From assembly GCA_965199955.1 (NCBI GenBank), contig CBDATQ010000001.1, positions 1,952,001-2,016,000 on the forward strand: DNA of 64,000 nucleotides, given 5' to 3'. Below, piece by piece: positions 31,835 through 42,323 of the stretch (its first letter is position 1; each line of letters begins with the position of its first letter). The translations under genes were made by a program, and so were the position numbers. Source of the stretch: Spirochaetia bacterium. GTDB lineage: Bacteria > Spirochaetota > Spirochaetia > SZUA-6 > Bin103. The notes under the pieces are model-generated. The model ran no database searches. It was not told the DNA's origin and saw only the letters and a list, made by a program, of their open reading frames with translations.

Positions 31835-31997
31835 CGGTCCTCGTCACCGGCGCCAGCGGGCGGATCGGCCGCCACGTCACCGAGCGGCTCGTGGCCGGTG
31901 GCCGTGCGGTGCGGGCGCTCATCCTGCCGGGCGACCCCCGCCGGCCCCTGATCGAGCGGCCCGGTGTGGACTTCATCGAGGGTTCTCTGCTGGACCG
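31831..31997 (+). pseudogene. N-terminal stub of an NAD-dependent epimerase/dehydratase
   Basis: VLVTGASGRIG...FIEGSLLD, then similarity ends abruptly. Confidence 0.78.
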
Positions 31998-32768
31998 ACT
32001 GGGCCTACCGGGACGCCACTTTCAATCCTGGGTGCTCACCAGATCGGCGAGTACGACCTCTCGTATGGTCTCACCGACGAGCTGCTGCGCTGGCAGGACC
32101 CGGCAAGCGGCGCCTTCGCGAACGACCGCCTGCCCGACGGCTCGATGTCGGACGACATGGACGTTCCGTACGCGTGCGGTCCCGGCTTCGCGGCGCTGGC
32201 GATGGGCCGGCTGGACGCGGCGCGGCGGGTCGCCGGCTTCCTGCGCGCGATCTGGGATGCCCAGACGCTGGATGCCGGGGAGGGACTCCCCGGCCGGTTC
32301 TATTCCTTCTGGTCGCGTTCGCGCCAGCGGACGATCGTGCCGTCGGACCCCGACTTCAAGCCGGACATGGTCGTGGAGAACGCCGCCGACTGGATGCAGA
32401 GCTGGACGGTCGGCGGCATCGGCGCGGGCTTTCTCTGCCGCCTCTACCTGGCCGATCCCGACCCGGCGGCCATCGAGCGGGCCCGGCGGTACCAGGTCTT
32501 CTCGATGGCCGCCACCGATGCCCAGTTCAAGTACCCCTCGGTGTGCAAGTCGAGCTGGGGCAGCGCGCTGCTGTACCAGGTGACCGGCGAGGAAAACTAC
32601 CGCCGCTGGGCGATGCGGATGGGAGACTGGTACGTGGCGACCCAGGAGGAAGAGGGGTACTGGCACCCCTGGGTGGAGCGGATCGAGCCCGACCGCATCT
32701 GGCTCACCCTGGAATACGTCATGCACCTCGACACGCTGATCGCGGCGCTCGCTTCGCGACCGGGTTGA
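31998..32768 (+). pseudogene. N-terminally truncated alpha/alpha-toroid protein (paralogue of 62110-63135)
   Basis: WAYRD..ILGAHQIGEYDL...WQDPASGAF, QEEEGYW; no 5' start, frameshift near 32024. Confidence 0.65.
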
Positions 32769-32791
32769 ACAAAGACGATGGGTTGATCTGC

Positions 32792-33391
32792 TCACCAGCG
32801 ACCGGTGCTCGCGAGAGTGCGGCAACGCTCCAGAGTCCGGCTCAGGCTTGGCGCGTGTGCGCCCGCGCGTTCCGGATTCCATCGTTCGCGAACGTACTCC
32901 CCCATCATCGAAACGTACTCCGGTCCGACTGAGCGAACGTCGCCTTCCGCCGGGACCATGCCTTCGCGGATAGCCCTGCTTCTCGAACGCCGGGCGAGCG
33001 CAATCATTCGTGCCTTCGGTTCGCTCTCATCTTCCGGAGGATGCGGAATTGCCGCCATCGAGATGCTGAGAAAACGCGCGAGCGACGGTCGATCCGCCAA
33101 TAACCACGCTTCGATGGAGCGCACGGCTATCCTGAAGCACATACCCGAGGCGGCGTGAGGAAGAAAGTCTCTCAGACGAATGGGAGCGCAATCCACGCGG
33201 TCCAGGTCACAGACCGCAAACCAACATGACCTGTTCGCTGCTTGGTTGAACTTTTCCAGGTATGTCTTGAAAGCAGGCAAGCTCCTCCGGTAGAAAACGC
33301 CAGCCTCAAGCGACGAAGCGGCAAAGACCCGTCGGACCACGGTCTCGTCGAGCACCCCTTCCACCAGGCAGCTTACCGGCTGGGGGAGCAT
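32792..33391 (-). CDS. DUF4276-like TOPRIM-fold protein
   Basis: LVEGVLDE, CDLD (DxD), IEAWLLAD, PSL near the C-terminus; start overlaps the ATPase stop. Confidence 0.75.
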   Translation of the reverse strand: MLPQPVSCLVEGVLDETVVRRVFAASSLEAGVFYRRSLPAFKTYLEKFNQAANRSCWFAVCDLDRVDCAPIRLRDFLPHAASGMCFRIAVRSIEAWLLADRPSLARFLSISMAAIPHPPEDESEPKARMIALARRSRSRAIREGMVPAEGDVRSVGPEYVSMMGEYVRERWNPERAGAHAPSLSRTLERCRTLASTGRW

Positions 33392-34551
33392 CAGAAGTCG
33401 AACGCGAGCTGGTCGGCGCTCTTCGGAGCGGCGCGAGGCATGATCGCTTCACCCGGCGTGAGGTTCTGCTCGACCAACCGACGGACCTCGTCGATATCGG
33501 CAGCCCTTTGAATGGTGGTTCCTTCGTCTTCGGGATTGAGCAGGAAGACCTCCTGCAGGTCGATCCCCTCGTCATCGAGCAGGGCAGCCGAATGGGTTGT
33601 CATCAGAACCTGCCGGCCGGACTTGCGGTGCATGCCCGCCATGATGCCCGCCAGTCGCGAGACGAGGTAGTCGTGCAGGCTCAGTTCGGGCTCTTCGAGG
33701 AGGAGAGGACCGCCTCCCTCGGCAAGAGCCCAGAACAGCCCCAGCAGGCGGAGCGTGCCGTCGGAAAGAGCGGCTTCGCTCTGGCGAGCATCGTGCGCGC
33801 GCCAGTGGTTGTAGGTCGCGTTCAGATGCCAATCGCCTCTGGTGTCTCTCTCCAGATCGAATCGTTCGAAGTGAGGTACGGCAGCGCGCAGGGCTGCCTG
33901 GATCTTGCGTAGTCTGGCCTCGCGCGTGCGTCGATTCGTGTCCGCTATGTGCTCCAGCAGGTCGGAGCCGTACGGGTCGTCGCGGTAGTCGCCGTTGCGC
34001 CTGCGTTCTCGGACGATTTGCGGAACCAGATGCAGATACCGGATGGATCCGAAGAACGCTGCGAGCGGACGGAATCTCTGGTTTTCGCTGACCTGTTCCA
34101 GGTGGGTCTGCGTCAATCGCTCCGGGTCGGACTCGTCTTTCTTGTCTGGTCGATCGAGTATGGGTGCGTCATTCAGGCGAATACGCTCCCGTTCCACGAC
34201 CGGACGATGGCTCTGTGGATGGTTACGGAAGTGAAGCTCGTACGACCACCGTGAACTCTGATCGCGTGGACCGGCATCGATGGAGATGCGAACGCCTCGA
34301 AACTGTCTTGCGTGCAGCGACCGCACCTCTCGCATGCCGCCGCGCAGGGAAACGGCGTCGTCGAGACCCATGGCGGCCACGTCGCGCATGAACCGCAGAG
34401 CATCGAGGATGTTCGACTTGCCGGAGGCGTTCGGACCGACGAAGAACGCCCGGCCTCGGAGGGGCAACGAGGTTTCGTGGCTGAAGTTGCGCCAGGCGGT
34501 CATCGACAGGCGCGAGATGTTCCAACGGCGAAAGTCAGCGCGCTCGGCCAC
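33391..34551 (-). CDS. ABC-type ATPase, AAA_21/AbiEii-like
   Basis: Walker [10 protein letters not shown], signature LSDGT, Walker B/D-loop [12 protein letters not shown]-loop TTHS. Confidence 0.9.
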   Translation of the reverse strand: MAERADFRRWNISRLSMTAWRNFSHETSLPLRGRAFFVGPNASGKSNILDALRFMRDVAAMGLDDAVSLRGGMREVRSLHARQFRGVRISIDAGPRDQSSRWSYELHFRNHPQSHRPVVERERIRLNDAPILDRPDKKDESDPERLTQTHLEQVSENQRFRPLAAFFGSIRYLHLVPQIVRERRRNGDYRDDPYGSDLLEHIADTNRRTREARLRKIQAALRAAVPHFERFDLERDTRGDWHLNATYNHWRAHDARQSEAALSDGTLRLLGLFWALAEGGGPLLLEEPELSLHDYLVSRLAGIMAGMHRKSGRQVLMTTHSAALLDDEGIDLQEVFLLNPEDEGTTIQRAADIDEVRRLVEQNLTPGEAIMPRAAPKSADQLAFDF

Positions 34552-34627
34552 GGGGCAACGGTACGCGTATGTGGCGCCGCGGGCAAGCTCCGGCTATCAT
34601 GCGGTGAACCACTCTCGGAGGCAGCAT

Positions 34628-34898
34628 CGATCCGCTGCCGGCTGGAGCCGGTCAAGAAGGTGGCGCGGATGATCAAGCGCCACCTGGACGGGATCCTCAC
34701 CGCCGTCGTGGACAAGGTGACCAACGCTCGGGCCGAGTCGATCAACGCCGGGATTCAGAAACTGAAGTACTCAGCGCGAGGGTTGCGCAACCGCAAGCGA
34801 TTCCGCAACGCCATCTACTTTCACCTCGGCGGTCTTTGATCTCTACCCCGCCGGTGTCACCCGGTGATCGCCCTTTCCACACGAATTCCTGAAGACCC
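34628..34898 (+). mobile_element. ISL3 family IS remnant (transposase C-terminus and right end)
   Basis: [20 protein letters not shown]...[11 protein letters not shown]...[19 protein letters not shown]; end reads GGGTCTTCAGGAATTCGTGTGG on the minus strand, typical of an ISL3 IR. Confidence 0.85.
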
Positions 34899-34899
34899 C

Positions 34900-35794
34900 T
34901 CAACCCTTGATCGAGCCAAGGAGGATCCTTTTCGTGAAGTATTCTGGATCCACGGATAGACCAGGATGATCGGCCCGGTGGCGACGATCGCGGCCGCCAT
35001 TGCCAGCGACTTCGGGGTGATGATCAGGTCGATCTCCGTGGCGTTCTCGGCCATGTACGCAAGCTCCTGCTCCGTCATGTAGGCTTGGCGGATCAGCCGC
35101 TGCAGATACGTCTGCAGCGGAATCAGGTGGTCGTCGAACACGTAATAGGCGCCCCGGAACCAGTCGTTCCAGTGGTTGACCGCCTGGAACAGGCCGATGG
35201 TCGCCAGCACGGCCATGGACAGCGGTACGACGATCTTCGTGAAGATGAAGAAGTGGTTCGCGCTGTCTATCAGGGCGGCCTCGATCAGGCTCTCGGGAAT
35301 CAAGGTCTGCATGACGGTCTTGATGATCACGAAGTTCCAGGCCAGGAACAGGTGCGACAGCACGTACACCCAGAACGTGTTGAGCAGGCGCAGATCGTTG
35401 ATCAGCATGTAGGTCGGGATCAGGCCGCCTTGAATAGGAGCGTGATGAAGAACATCGTGATGAACGGCTTGCGGATGCGGAATTCCTTGCGCAACAGCGC
35501 GTACGCCGCCATGCCGGTGACCAACAGGTGGGACGGCACGTGCGCGGCGATGCGAGCCACGCTCAGCAGGAACGTGCGCAGCACGGCGCTGTCCTGCAGG
35601 GTCAACAGATAGTTGACCAGGGTGAAGCGGCGCGGCCAGAAGTACACGCCGCCGAAGGCCGTGTCGCTCGGGTTGTTGATCGACAGGATCAGGGCGTACC
35701 AGAACGGGTAGAGGGTGACGCCGATCAGCAGCACCATCAGGCCGTTGTTGAGCACCTGGAACGCCTTTTCCGGACGGGAGAGGATCTCGGCCGT
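34900..35794 (-). pseudogene. Carbohydrate ABC permease, frameshifted
   Basis: Frame changes near 35432 (before GGLIP) and 34945 (before LGSIKG); likely start reads ACG. Confidence 0.8.
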
Positions 35795-35814
35795 GCAACC
35801 GTACCCGACCTGGT

Positions 35815-36669
35815 CTACCAGATCCCCGAGCCGCCGAAGCGCTTCGACAGCGCGTTGGCGGTCAGCACCAGGACCACCGAGATCACCGAGTCGAACAGGC
35901 CCACCGCGGTGGTCAGGCTGTGTTCGGGATCGCCAGCACCAGCAGGATGGTGATGGTCGGCACCAAGCCGGGCAGGGTGATGTGGCGCACCTGCCGGAAG
36001 CGGCCGGCGCCGTCGACGATGGCAGTCTCGTAGAGCTCGGTATCGATGGTCGAGAGCGCGGTCAGGTAGATGATCGTTCCCCAGCCGACGCCCTGCCAGA
36101 TGGCGGTCAGGACGATCATGGGGGCGAACAGGCCGGGCGTCCCCAGGAACGCCATGGGCTCGCCGATCGTGGCTTTAAGGACCTGATTGACCGGTCCCGT
36201 ATCGATCGACAGGAGCTGGTCGAACAGCCCGGCGATGATCACCCACGACACGAAGTGGGGCAGGTAGCTGATGGTCTGCGTGGTCCGTTTGAACCACCTG
36301 ATGCGCATCTCGTTGATGAGCAGCGCCAGGATGATCGGCGCCGGGATGCCGAAGACGAGCTTGGCGGAGGCGATGACGACCGTGTTTCGCATCACCTGCC
36401 AGAACGACGGATCGCCGAGAAAACGGAAGTAGCGGTGCCAAGGGTCGGCGAGCGGGCTGAACCAGATGCCCCCTGCCGAAGTCCAGCTCGCGGATCGAGA
36501 AGGTGATCCCGTAGATGGGGATGTAGTCGAACACGATGACGGCGACCGTGGCGGGGAGCACCATCGCCAGCAGGCGCCAGTCGGACACGTACCGCTGCCA
36601 CCACGTCTTGCAAACGGTCGCCGGCGAGGCGACGTGCGGATCCGCTGCCGCGTCGCCGGCGGTGCTCAT
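35815..36669 (-). pseudogene. Carbohydrate ABC permease (LplB-like), frameshift plus internal deletion
   Basis: YLPHFVSWV, ETAIVDGA; extra G near 36471; segment between ILLVLAIPN and SLTTAVGLF is missing. Confidence 0.8.
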
Positions 36670-36818
36670 GGACGTTGACCGGCCAGGAGGCGCTTGCGTC
36701 GATCGCCCTCGCGCGCGGGCGGGCGGTAAGGGCAGGGTGGGTGAGCATGGCCCCAGATGCGATGGTATCCATCGCCCGCCGCTCCGGCGCAACCCGGGGA
36801 CTCGACGCGGGTCTGGAC

Positions 36819-37943
36819 TTAGAGGTCCGCGTACGAGTCGTCCTCGGCCAGGCGCAGCATGGGCCGGTCAAGGGGCTCCGGATCGACGGTGCGCGCGGCC
36901 ACCGCGTCCGTGTCGATCTCGAAGCCCAGCCCCGGGCCGGTGGGGAGCTCCAGGAAGCCGTCTACCAGGCGGAGCGGCTCGCGGAACAGCCCCTCGCCGC
37001 GCTGCAATCCTCCTTCCATGACCAGGAAGTTCGGGATCGCGGCGCACACGTGCAGCGACGCGGCGATCCCGACCGGGCCGCCGTTGGCGCCCGAGTGTGG
37101 GGCCAGCGCCAGGTAGTGGCTTTCGGCAAGAGCGGCGATCTTGCGCATCTCCAGGATGCCGCCGCAGGCGCGGATGTCGGGCTGCAGTACGGCCGCCGCC
37201 TCGCGCTCGACCACTTCGCGGAAGCCCCAGCGGGTGATCTGCCGCTCGCCCACGGCGATCGGCACCGGCGTGGCCCGCGCCACGCCCACGAGCGCCTCCA
37301 CGTTCTCCCAGTGGCAGGGCTCCTCGGCGAACAGCAGCCGGTACGGCTCCAGCTCGCGCAGCAGCACCCGCGACATCGCCGGACTCAGCCGGCGGTGCAG
37401 GTCGATGGCGATGTCCACGCCGTCGCCGACCTCCTCCCGCACCGCGGCGACCGTGCGCACGGTCGGCTCCATGCCGGCCGGCGGCTCCAGGAAGCGCCAT
37501 GGCTTGCGCTCGGAGACCATCTTCAGCGCCGTGAAGCCCTGATCGACCAGATCGCGCGCCCGTCGCGGTTCGCGGCATCCGGCGTAGACGCGCACGCGAT
37601 CGCGCACGGGGCCGCCGAGCAGCCGCCACACCGGCTCGCCGAGCGCCTTGCCGGCGATGTCCCACATCGCCATCTCCAGGCCGCTCAGCGCGCCGACCAG
37701 GATCGGCATCGCCCGCGCGTAGCTGGTCCGGTACAGCACCTGCCAGTGGTCCTCGATCCGGAACGGGTCGCGCCCGACCAAGTAGCCCGTGAGCTCCTCC
37801 ACCGCGGCCATCACCAGCCGCCGGTGGCCGTAGCTCAGCGGCTGCCCGTAGCCGGTGATGCCGGCGTCGGTGGTCATCTCCAGCAGCAGTGACCCGTCGT
37901 CGAGCGGGAAGGTGCGCGTGCCGGTGATCTTCAGCGTTCGCAT
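36819..37943 (-). CDS. Mandelate racemase/galactonate dehydratase-like enolase superfamily protein
   Basis: MAMWDIAGKALG, DLHRR, EEP, PIAVGER, APH. Confidence 0.92.
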   Translation of the reverse strand: MRTLKITGTRTFPLDDGSLLLEMTTDAGITGYGQPLSYGHRRLVMAAVEELTGYLVGRDPFRIEDHWQVLYRTSYARAMPILVGALSGLEMAMWDIAGKALGEPVWRLLGGPVRDRVRVYAGCREPRRARDLVDQGFTALKMVSERKPWRFLEPPAGMEPTVRTVAAVREEVGDGVDIAIDLHRRLSPAMSRVLLRELEPYRLLFAEEPCHWENVEALVGVARATPVPIAVGERQITRWGFREVVEREAAAVLQPDIRACGGILEMRKIAALAESHYLALAPHSGANGGPVGIAASLHVCAAIPNFLVMEGGLQRGEGLFREPLRLVDGFLELPTGPGLGFEIDTDAVAARTVDPEPLDRPMLRLAEDDSYADL

Positions 37944-37979
37944 GGTTCGCCTCCTCGGCCGGCTATACTACCCGGCCGG

Positions 37980-38933
37980 ATGGAGTATCGGCGGCTCGGC
38001 CGTACCGAACTGCGTGTGTCGGCGATCGCGCTGGGCTCGGGCGGGCCGAACCGCTTCGGCCAGCACACCGGGGTCCCGGAGCCGGACATCCACCGGCTGG
38101 TGCAGCATGCGCTCGACCTGGGCATCAACCTGTTCGACACCTCGCCCGGCTACGGCGACAGCGAGCTGATCCTGGGCAAGGCGCTCGCGGGCGTCCCGCG
38201 CGACCGCTACCACCTCAGCACCAAGGTCGTGATCGACGACGCCGTCTCCGGTGAGCACCCGGCTCCCGTCGAGCAGGTGGCCGCCAGCGTGGAGGCGAGT
38301 CTTCGCCGCCTGCGGGTCGATCACGTCGACGTGCTGCTGCTGGCCGGCTGGCCGCAGCCGGGCGCCTATCGGCGGATCGTCGAGGAGACCATTCCCGCGC
38401 TCAGACGGTTGCAGCAGCAGGGCAAGTTTCGCTTCCTGTCGTCGAGCGAGGTGTCCGCCTACGACGGAGCCCATGCCTACCTGACGCGCGGACTCCGGGA
38501 CGACCTGTTCGATTCCGTGATGGTCGCCTACAACATGATCAACCAGTCCGCCGAGCGCGAGGTGTTCCCCCTGTGCCGGGAGCGCGACGTGGGTACGCAG
38601 GTGATGTTCGCCGTGCGCCGCCTGTTTCCCGATCCGGTGCGCGTGGACGAGACGCTGGCGGAGCTTGCGCGCAAGCGGATCGTCGCCGCCGGCGCGCTGC
38701 CGCCCGGCGACCCGTTCGGCTGGCTGCTGGACGGCCACACCCCGGATCTGATCAGCGCGGCCTACAAGTTCTGCGCCGCCCACCCGGCGGTGAGCACGGT
38801 GATGACCGGGACCAACGACATCCGTCACCTGGAGCGGAACGTCGCCGCCGTCACCGGCCCTCCGCTCCCGGACGAGGTCATGCAGAGGCTGGGGGCCACC
38901 TTCTTCGGCGTGACCGAGGTGATCGGCAATTGA
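37980..38933 (+). CDS. Aldo/keto reductase
   Basis: YRRLGRTELRVS, GINLFDTSPGYG.SE, STK, SLRRLRVDHVD. Confidence 0.92.
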   Translation: MEYRRLGRTELRVSAIALGSGGPNRFGQHTGVPEPDIHRLVQHALDLGINLFDTSPGYGDSELILGKALAGVPRDRYHLSTKVVIDDAVSGEHPAPVEQVAASVEASLRRLRVDHVDVLLLAGWPQPGAYRRIVEETIPALRRLQQQGKFRFLSSSEVSAYDGAHAYLTRGLRDDLFDSVMVAYNMINQSAEREVFPLCRERDVGTQVMFAVRRLFPDPVRVDETLAELARKRIVAAGALPPGDPFGWLLDGHTPDLISAAYKFCAAHPAVSTVMTGTNDIRHLERNVAAVTGPPLPDEVMQRLGATFFGVTEVIGN

Positions 38934-40270
38934 GTTCCGCCTCGCGGCCCAACGTGCTGCTCATCACCACCGACCAGCAGGCCGCGCTGGCGGTGGGCGC
39001 CGCCGGCAACCCCGACCTGTTCACGCTCGCCATGGACGCGCTCGGCGAAAGCGGCGTGCGCTTCGAGCGCGCCTACTGCACCTTTCCGCTGTGCACGCCG
39101 TCGCGCGCCAGCCTGTACACCGCGCGCATGCCGCACGAGGTCGGCGCCGACTACAACAATAAGCCGATCGCGCCCGAGTTCCGCTCCGGCGAGCTGGGCA
39201 ACCTGATGGCAGACGCCGGCTACGACTGCGGCTACGGCGGCAAGTGGCACGTGCCGGAGATCGAGATCGGCGAGGGACACGGCTTCCGCAAGATCTGCGG
39301 CTTCGACGACTGGACGCTCGCCGACCGCTGCATCGACTTCCTGCGCACGCCGCGCAGCGCCCCGTTCTTCCTGGTCGCCTCGTTCGACAACCCGCACAAC
39401 ATCTGCGAGCACTCCCGCCGGCAGCGGCTGCCGTGGGGGCCGGTGCCGCACGCGCCGATCAGCGAGTGCCCGAATCTGCCGGCAAACTTCGAGGTGCCGG
39501 CCTACGAGCCGTCCCTGATCAAGCACGAGCGCGCCATGAAGCCGGCCGCGGAGCTCACCGAGGACGAGTGGCGGCTCTACCGGCACACCTACTACCGCCT
39601 GGTCGAGAAGGTCGACGCCGACGTGGCCCGTATCATGGCCGCGCTCGAAGAGGCCGGTCACGGCGCGGACACCCTGGTGATCTTCACCAGCGACCACGGC
39701 GACGGCATGGGCGCGCATCGCTGGAACCAGAAGTGGGTGCTTTACGACGAGTCGACCCGCATACCGCTCATCGTCAGGCCGCCGGCCGGCTGCCCGGCGC
39801 GCGTGGACGACGAGCACCTGGTCTCCAACGGGCTCGACCTGCTGCCGACGATCTGCGACTACGCGGGCGTGCAGCCGCCTGCCGATCTGCGCGGCCGGTC
39901 GCTGCGGCCGCTGATCGACGTCGGATCGGGCTTCCGCGGGGCGGCGTGGCGCGATCACGTGGTCGCCGAAACGTCCTTCGGTCCGCACGCCGGCGCCGCG
40001 CAGCAGGCGCGGATGGTGCGTACCGCGCGCTACAAGTACTGCCTGTACGGCAGCGGCAGGAACCGCGAGCAGCTCTTCGACCTGGAGCAGGACCCGGGCG
40101 AGATGGTCAACCTGGCCGTGGAAGCGCGCTACGCTGGCGAGCTCGCGCGGCACCGCGCGCTGCTCAAGGCATGGATCGAGGAGACCGGCGACCGCTCCTG
40201 CATGACCGGCCCGCACCAAGGGTATCAGGCGCTGGTGCCCGGTTACGAGAACGAGCCCCCGGAAGAGTAA
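38930..40270 (+). CDS. Sulfatase (formylglycine-dependent)
   Basis: RPNVLLITTDQQ, CTPSRAS, GKWH, FTSDHG, LFDLEQDPGE. Confidence 0.93.
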   Translation: MSSASRPNVLLITTDQQAALAVGAAGNPDLFTLAMDALGESGVRFERAYCTFPLCTPSRASLYTARMPHEVGADYNNKPIAPEFRSGELGNLMADAGYDCGYGGKWHVPEIEIGEGHGFRKICGFDDWTLADRCIDFLRTPRSAPFFLVASFDNPHNICEHSRRQRLPWGPVPHAPISECPNLPANFEVPAYEPSLIKHERAMKPAAELTEDEWRLYRHTYYRLVEKVDADVARIMAALEEAGHGADTLVIFTSDHGDGMGAHRWNQKWVLYDESTRIPLIVRPPAGCPARVDDEHLVSNGLDLLPTICDYAGVQPPADLRGRSLRPLIDVGSGFRGAAWRDHVVAETSFGPHAGAAQQARMVRTARYKYCLYGSGRNREQLFDLEQDPGEMVNLAVEARYAGELARHRALLKAWIEETGDRSCMTGPHQGYQALVPGYENEPPEE

Positions 40271-40313
40271 TGGCCGTCAGCGGTCCGGAGGCGCTGCTCG
40301 GCGTCTGCCGAGA

Positions 40314-40760
40314 TCACGCCTCCGGGACAGGATCCGGCTCGGGCAGGACGAAGTCCCAGGGATTCACCAGCGAGACCCCCGTGACTTCGTAGTCGCTCAC
40401 GTTGCGTGTCGCGACTTCCATCCTGTGCGTCCTGGCGATCGCCGCGATCTGCCCATCGGCGACGTCCATCGGCCTGCCGGCTCGCTCGGCGTCGGCTGCC
40501 AGATCGCCGTAGGCTGACGCGGCACGCTCGTCGAACGAGAATATCCGGCCCAGGAAGTGGTCGCGGGTCTTGCTCCAGAATCGGAGCAAGCTCGATCGCC
40601 TGCGGCCGGTCGGCAGCCGTACGATTCCGAATCGAAGCTCTGCGAGGGCCGTCGTCGGCACCGCGAGTAGCGGCTCGTGCTGCTCGTACCACGAGGTGAC
40701 CTGAGGCGCCGGCCAGTTCCGCGTCAGTTCGGAGAGGACGTTGGTATCGAGCAGGATCAC
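40314..40760 (-). CDS. vapC: VapC/FitB PIN-domain toxin
   Basis: ILLDTNVLSE, ELRFG, DGQIAAIA, ATRNVSDY. Confidence 0.92.
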   Translation of the reverse strand: MILLDTNVLSELTRNWPAPQVTSWYEQHEPLLAVPTTALAELRFGIVRLPTGRRRSSLLRFWSKTRDHFLGRIFSFDERAASAYGDLAADAERAGRPMDVADGQIAAIARTHRMEVATRNVSDYEVTGVSLVNPWDFVLPEPDPVPEA

Positions 40761-41005
40761 AGATCGACCGGCCTCTGCTTCTGTTTGTGTTCCCGAATGT
40801 ATCGGTCTATGTCTTCACCGGGTTCTATGACGCTCATCAGGTTGTACGGAAACCGCTCGGGCTCTGGGGTCTCCGAGGTATCGTGTGCTGCCTGGTCGAG
40901 AATCGATCGGGCGAGCGCTTCGAGGCTACAGCCGCTTCGCTCTGCGCGTTTGCGGAGCCGCTCCTTCGACTCGTCCGATAGTCGTCGAATGGTGATGCTT
41001 GCCAT
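40757..41005 (-). CDS. FitA-like ribbon-helix-helix antitoxin
   Basis: MASITIRRL....ERLRKRAERSGCSLEA..R.IL; GGAGG RBS; overlaps the vapC start. Confidence 0.87.
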   Translation of the reverse strand: MASITIRRLSDESKERLRKRAERSGCSLEALARSILDQAAHDTSETPEPERFPYNLMSVIEPGEDIDRYIREHKQKQRPVDL

Positions 41006-41029
41006 GGAAGCCTCCTCCGATCAGAGGAA

Positions 41030-41045
41030 TGATTGCATGCAATCA
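41030..41045. promoter_or_regulatory. Perfect 16-bp palindrome, probable antitoxin operator
   Basis: TGATTGCATGCAATCA about 25 bp upstream of the antitoxin start. Confidence 0.7.
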
Positions 41046-41182
41046 CTTGCTCCGCAAGCCGTCCCCACGAAGCTACCACCGGCCACCTGCATCCGCGCGC
41101 GCCGGAGCAATCACTTGGCGAACGGTCGGCAGCCCCCATCTGTATGATCCATGGATGGATCGAATCCGGAAGATCGTGCGCA

Positions 41183-41893
41183 ATGACCGGCGACCATGAC
41201 CCACTCGCCGGGGTGCGCGGGGGCTACGATCGTTGGTCGGCCGTCTACGACCACGATGCCAACCCGCTGCAAGCCCTGGAGGAGCCACGCGTCCGCGAAG
41301 CGCTCGGCGACCCGAGGGGGCGGGACGTGCTGGATCTCGGATGCGGAACCGGCCGGCACACCGCGTGGCTCGTCGAGGCGGGCGCCCGGACTACGGCGGT
41401 CGACTTCTCGGCGGGGATGCTGGAGCAGGCCCGGGCGAGGGTCGCCACCGGCGACGTCCGCTTCGTCACCCACGACCTGCACGAGCCGTTGCCCTTCGCG
41501 GACACGTCGTTCGATGCGGTGGTGAGCGGACTCGTCCTCGAGCACCTACGGGATCTCCACGCATTCTTCGCCGAAGCACATCGGGTCCTGCGCGCGGCCG
41601 GCCGCGCGGTCGTATCCGCGATGCACCCGGCGATGTTCCTGCGCGGGAGCCAGGCGCGCTTTACCGACCCCGTCTCCGGGGAGGTGGTCATGCCGGGCAG
41701 CCTTCCCCATCGGATCGGAGAGATCGTCATGGCGGCAGTCGGCGCGGGATTCGCCCTGTGCGGTGTGGGGGAGTACGCCCCGGATGCCGACTTCGCCGGG
41801 CGTTACCCGCGCGCCGAACGCTACGTGGGCTGGCCGATGCTGGTGGTGCTCGACCTGCGGGCGGGCAGCGATCGCGATCCCCCGAGACGGTAG
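41183..41893 (+). CDS. Class I SAM-dependent methyltransferase
   Basis: [26 protein letters not shown]. Confidence 0.92.
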   Translation: MTGDHDPLAGVRGGYDRWSAVYDHDANPLQALEEPRVREALGDPRGRDVLDLGCGTGRHTAWLVEAGARTTAVDFSAGMLEQARARVATGDVRFVTHDLHEPLPFADTSFDAVVSGLVLEHLRDLHAFFAEAHRVLRAAGRAVVSAMHPAMFLRGSQARFTDPVSGEVVMPGSLPHRIGEIVMAAVGAGFALCGVGEYAPDADFAGRYPRAERYVGWPMLVVLDLRAGSDRDPPRR

Positions 41894-41979
41894 TCGGGAA
41901 AGGCAGCCACGCGACACCGCAGCGTCGGCGGACCGCGGCCAGGGCGCCGCAGGACACCGGGCGCAGCGGCCCTGCCCCG

Positions 41980-42261
41980 GCTACACACCGCCACGTCGAC
42001 GACCTCCGCGCGCGGGTCCATCCCGGTCGTCACCGTGTTGATGACCAGCACGTCGCGCCGATCGAGCAACTCGGAAAGGTTGTCCAGCGCAACCAGGACG
42101 GCGGCTCCCGTACGGGCCGGCACCTCTGCGAGCACCGGCATCGCGCTGCCGGCGCCCCCGTCTTGGGAAGCCCGCCGTCCGAGCGCCCATCCGATCGCAC
42201 CGGCGGCATAGAGTGCCAGTGCCGCCGCGACGGCGACGAGGATCCAGAGGACCGTGCTCAA
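41980..42261 (-). pseudogene. Truncated second copy of TM-anchored DEDDh exonuclease-like gene
   Basis: TM helix, then LSELLDRRDVLVINTVTTG..AEVVDVAV, then similarity is lost (ORF runs on to 41821). Confidence 0.65.
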
Positions 42262-42323
42262 CGTGGGCCGCCTTGGACCGCTTCCGCGCCACGCTGCGTC
42301 ATGGAAGGGGAGGCAGCCGGCGC

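Noticed and set aside
36468..36474. G-run frameshift as phase variation
   Set aside because: The run is only five bases and the same gene has an internal deletion
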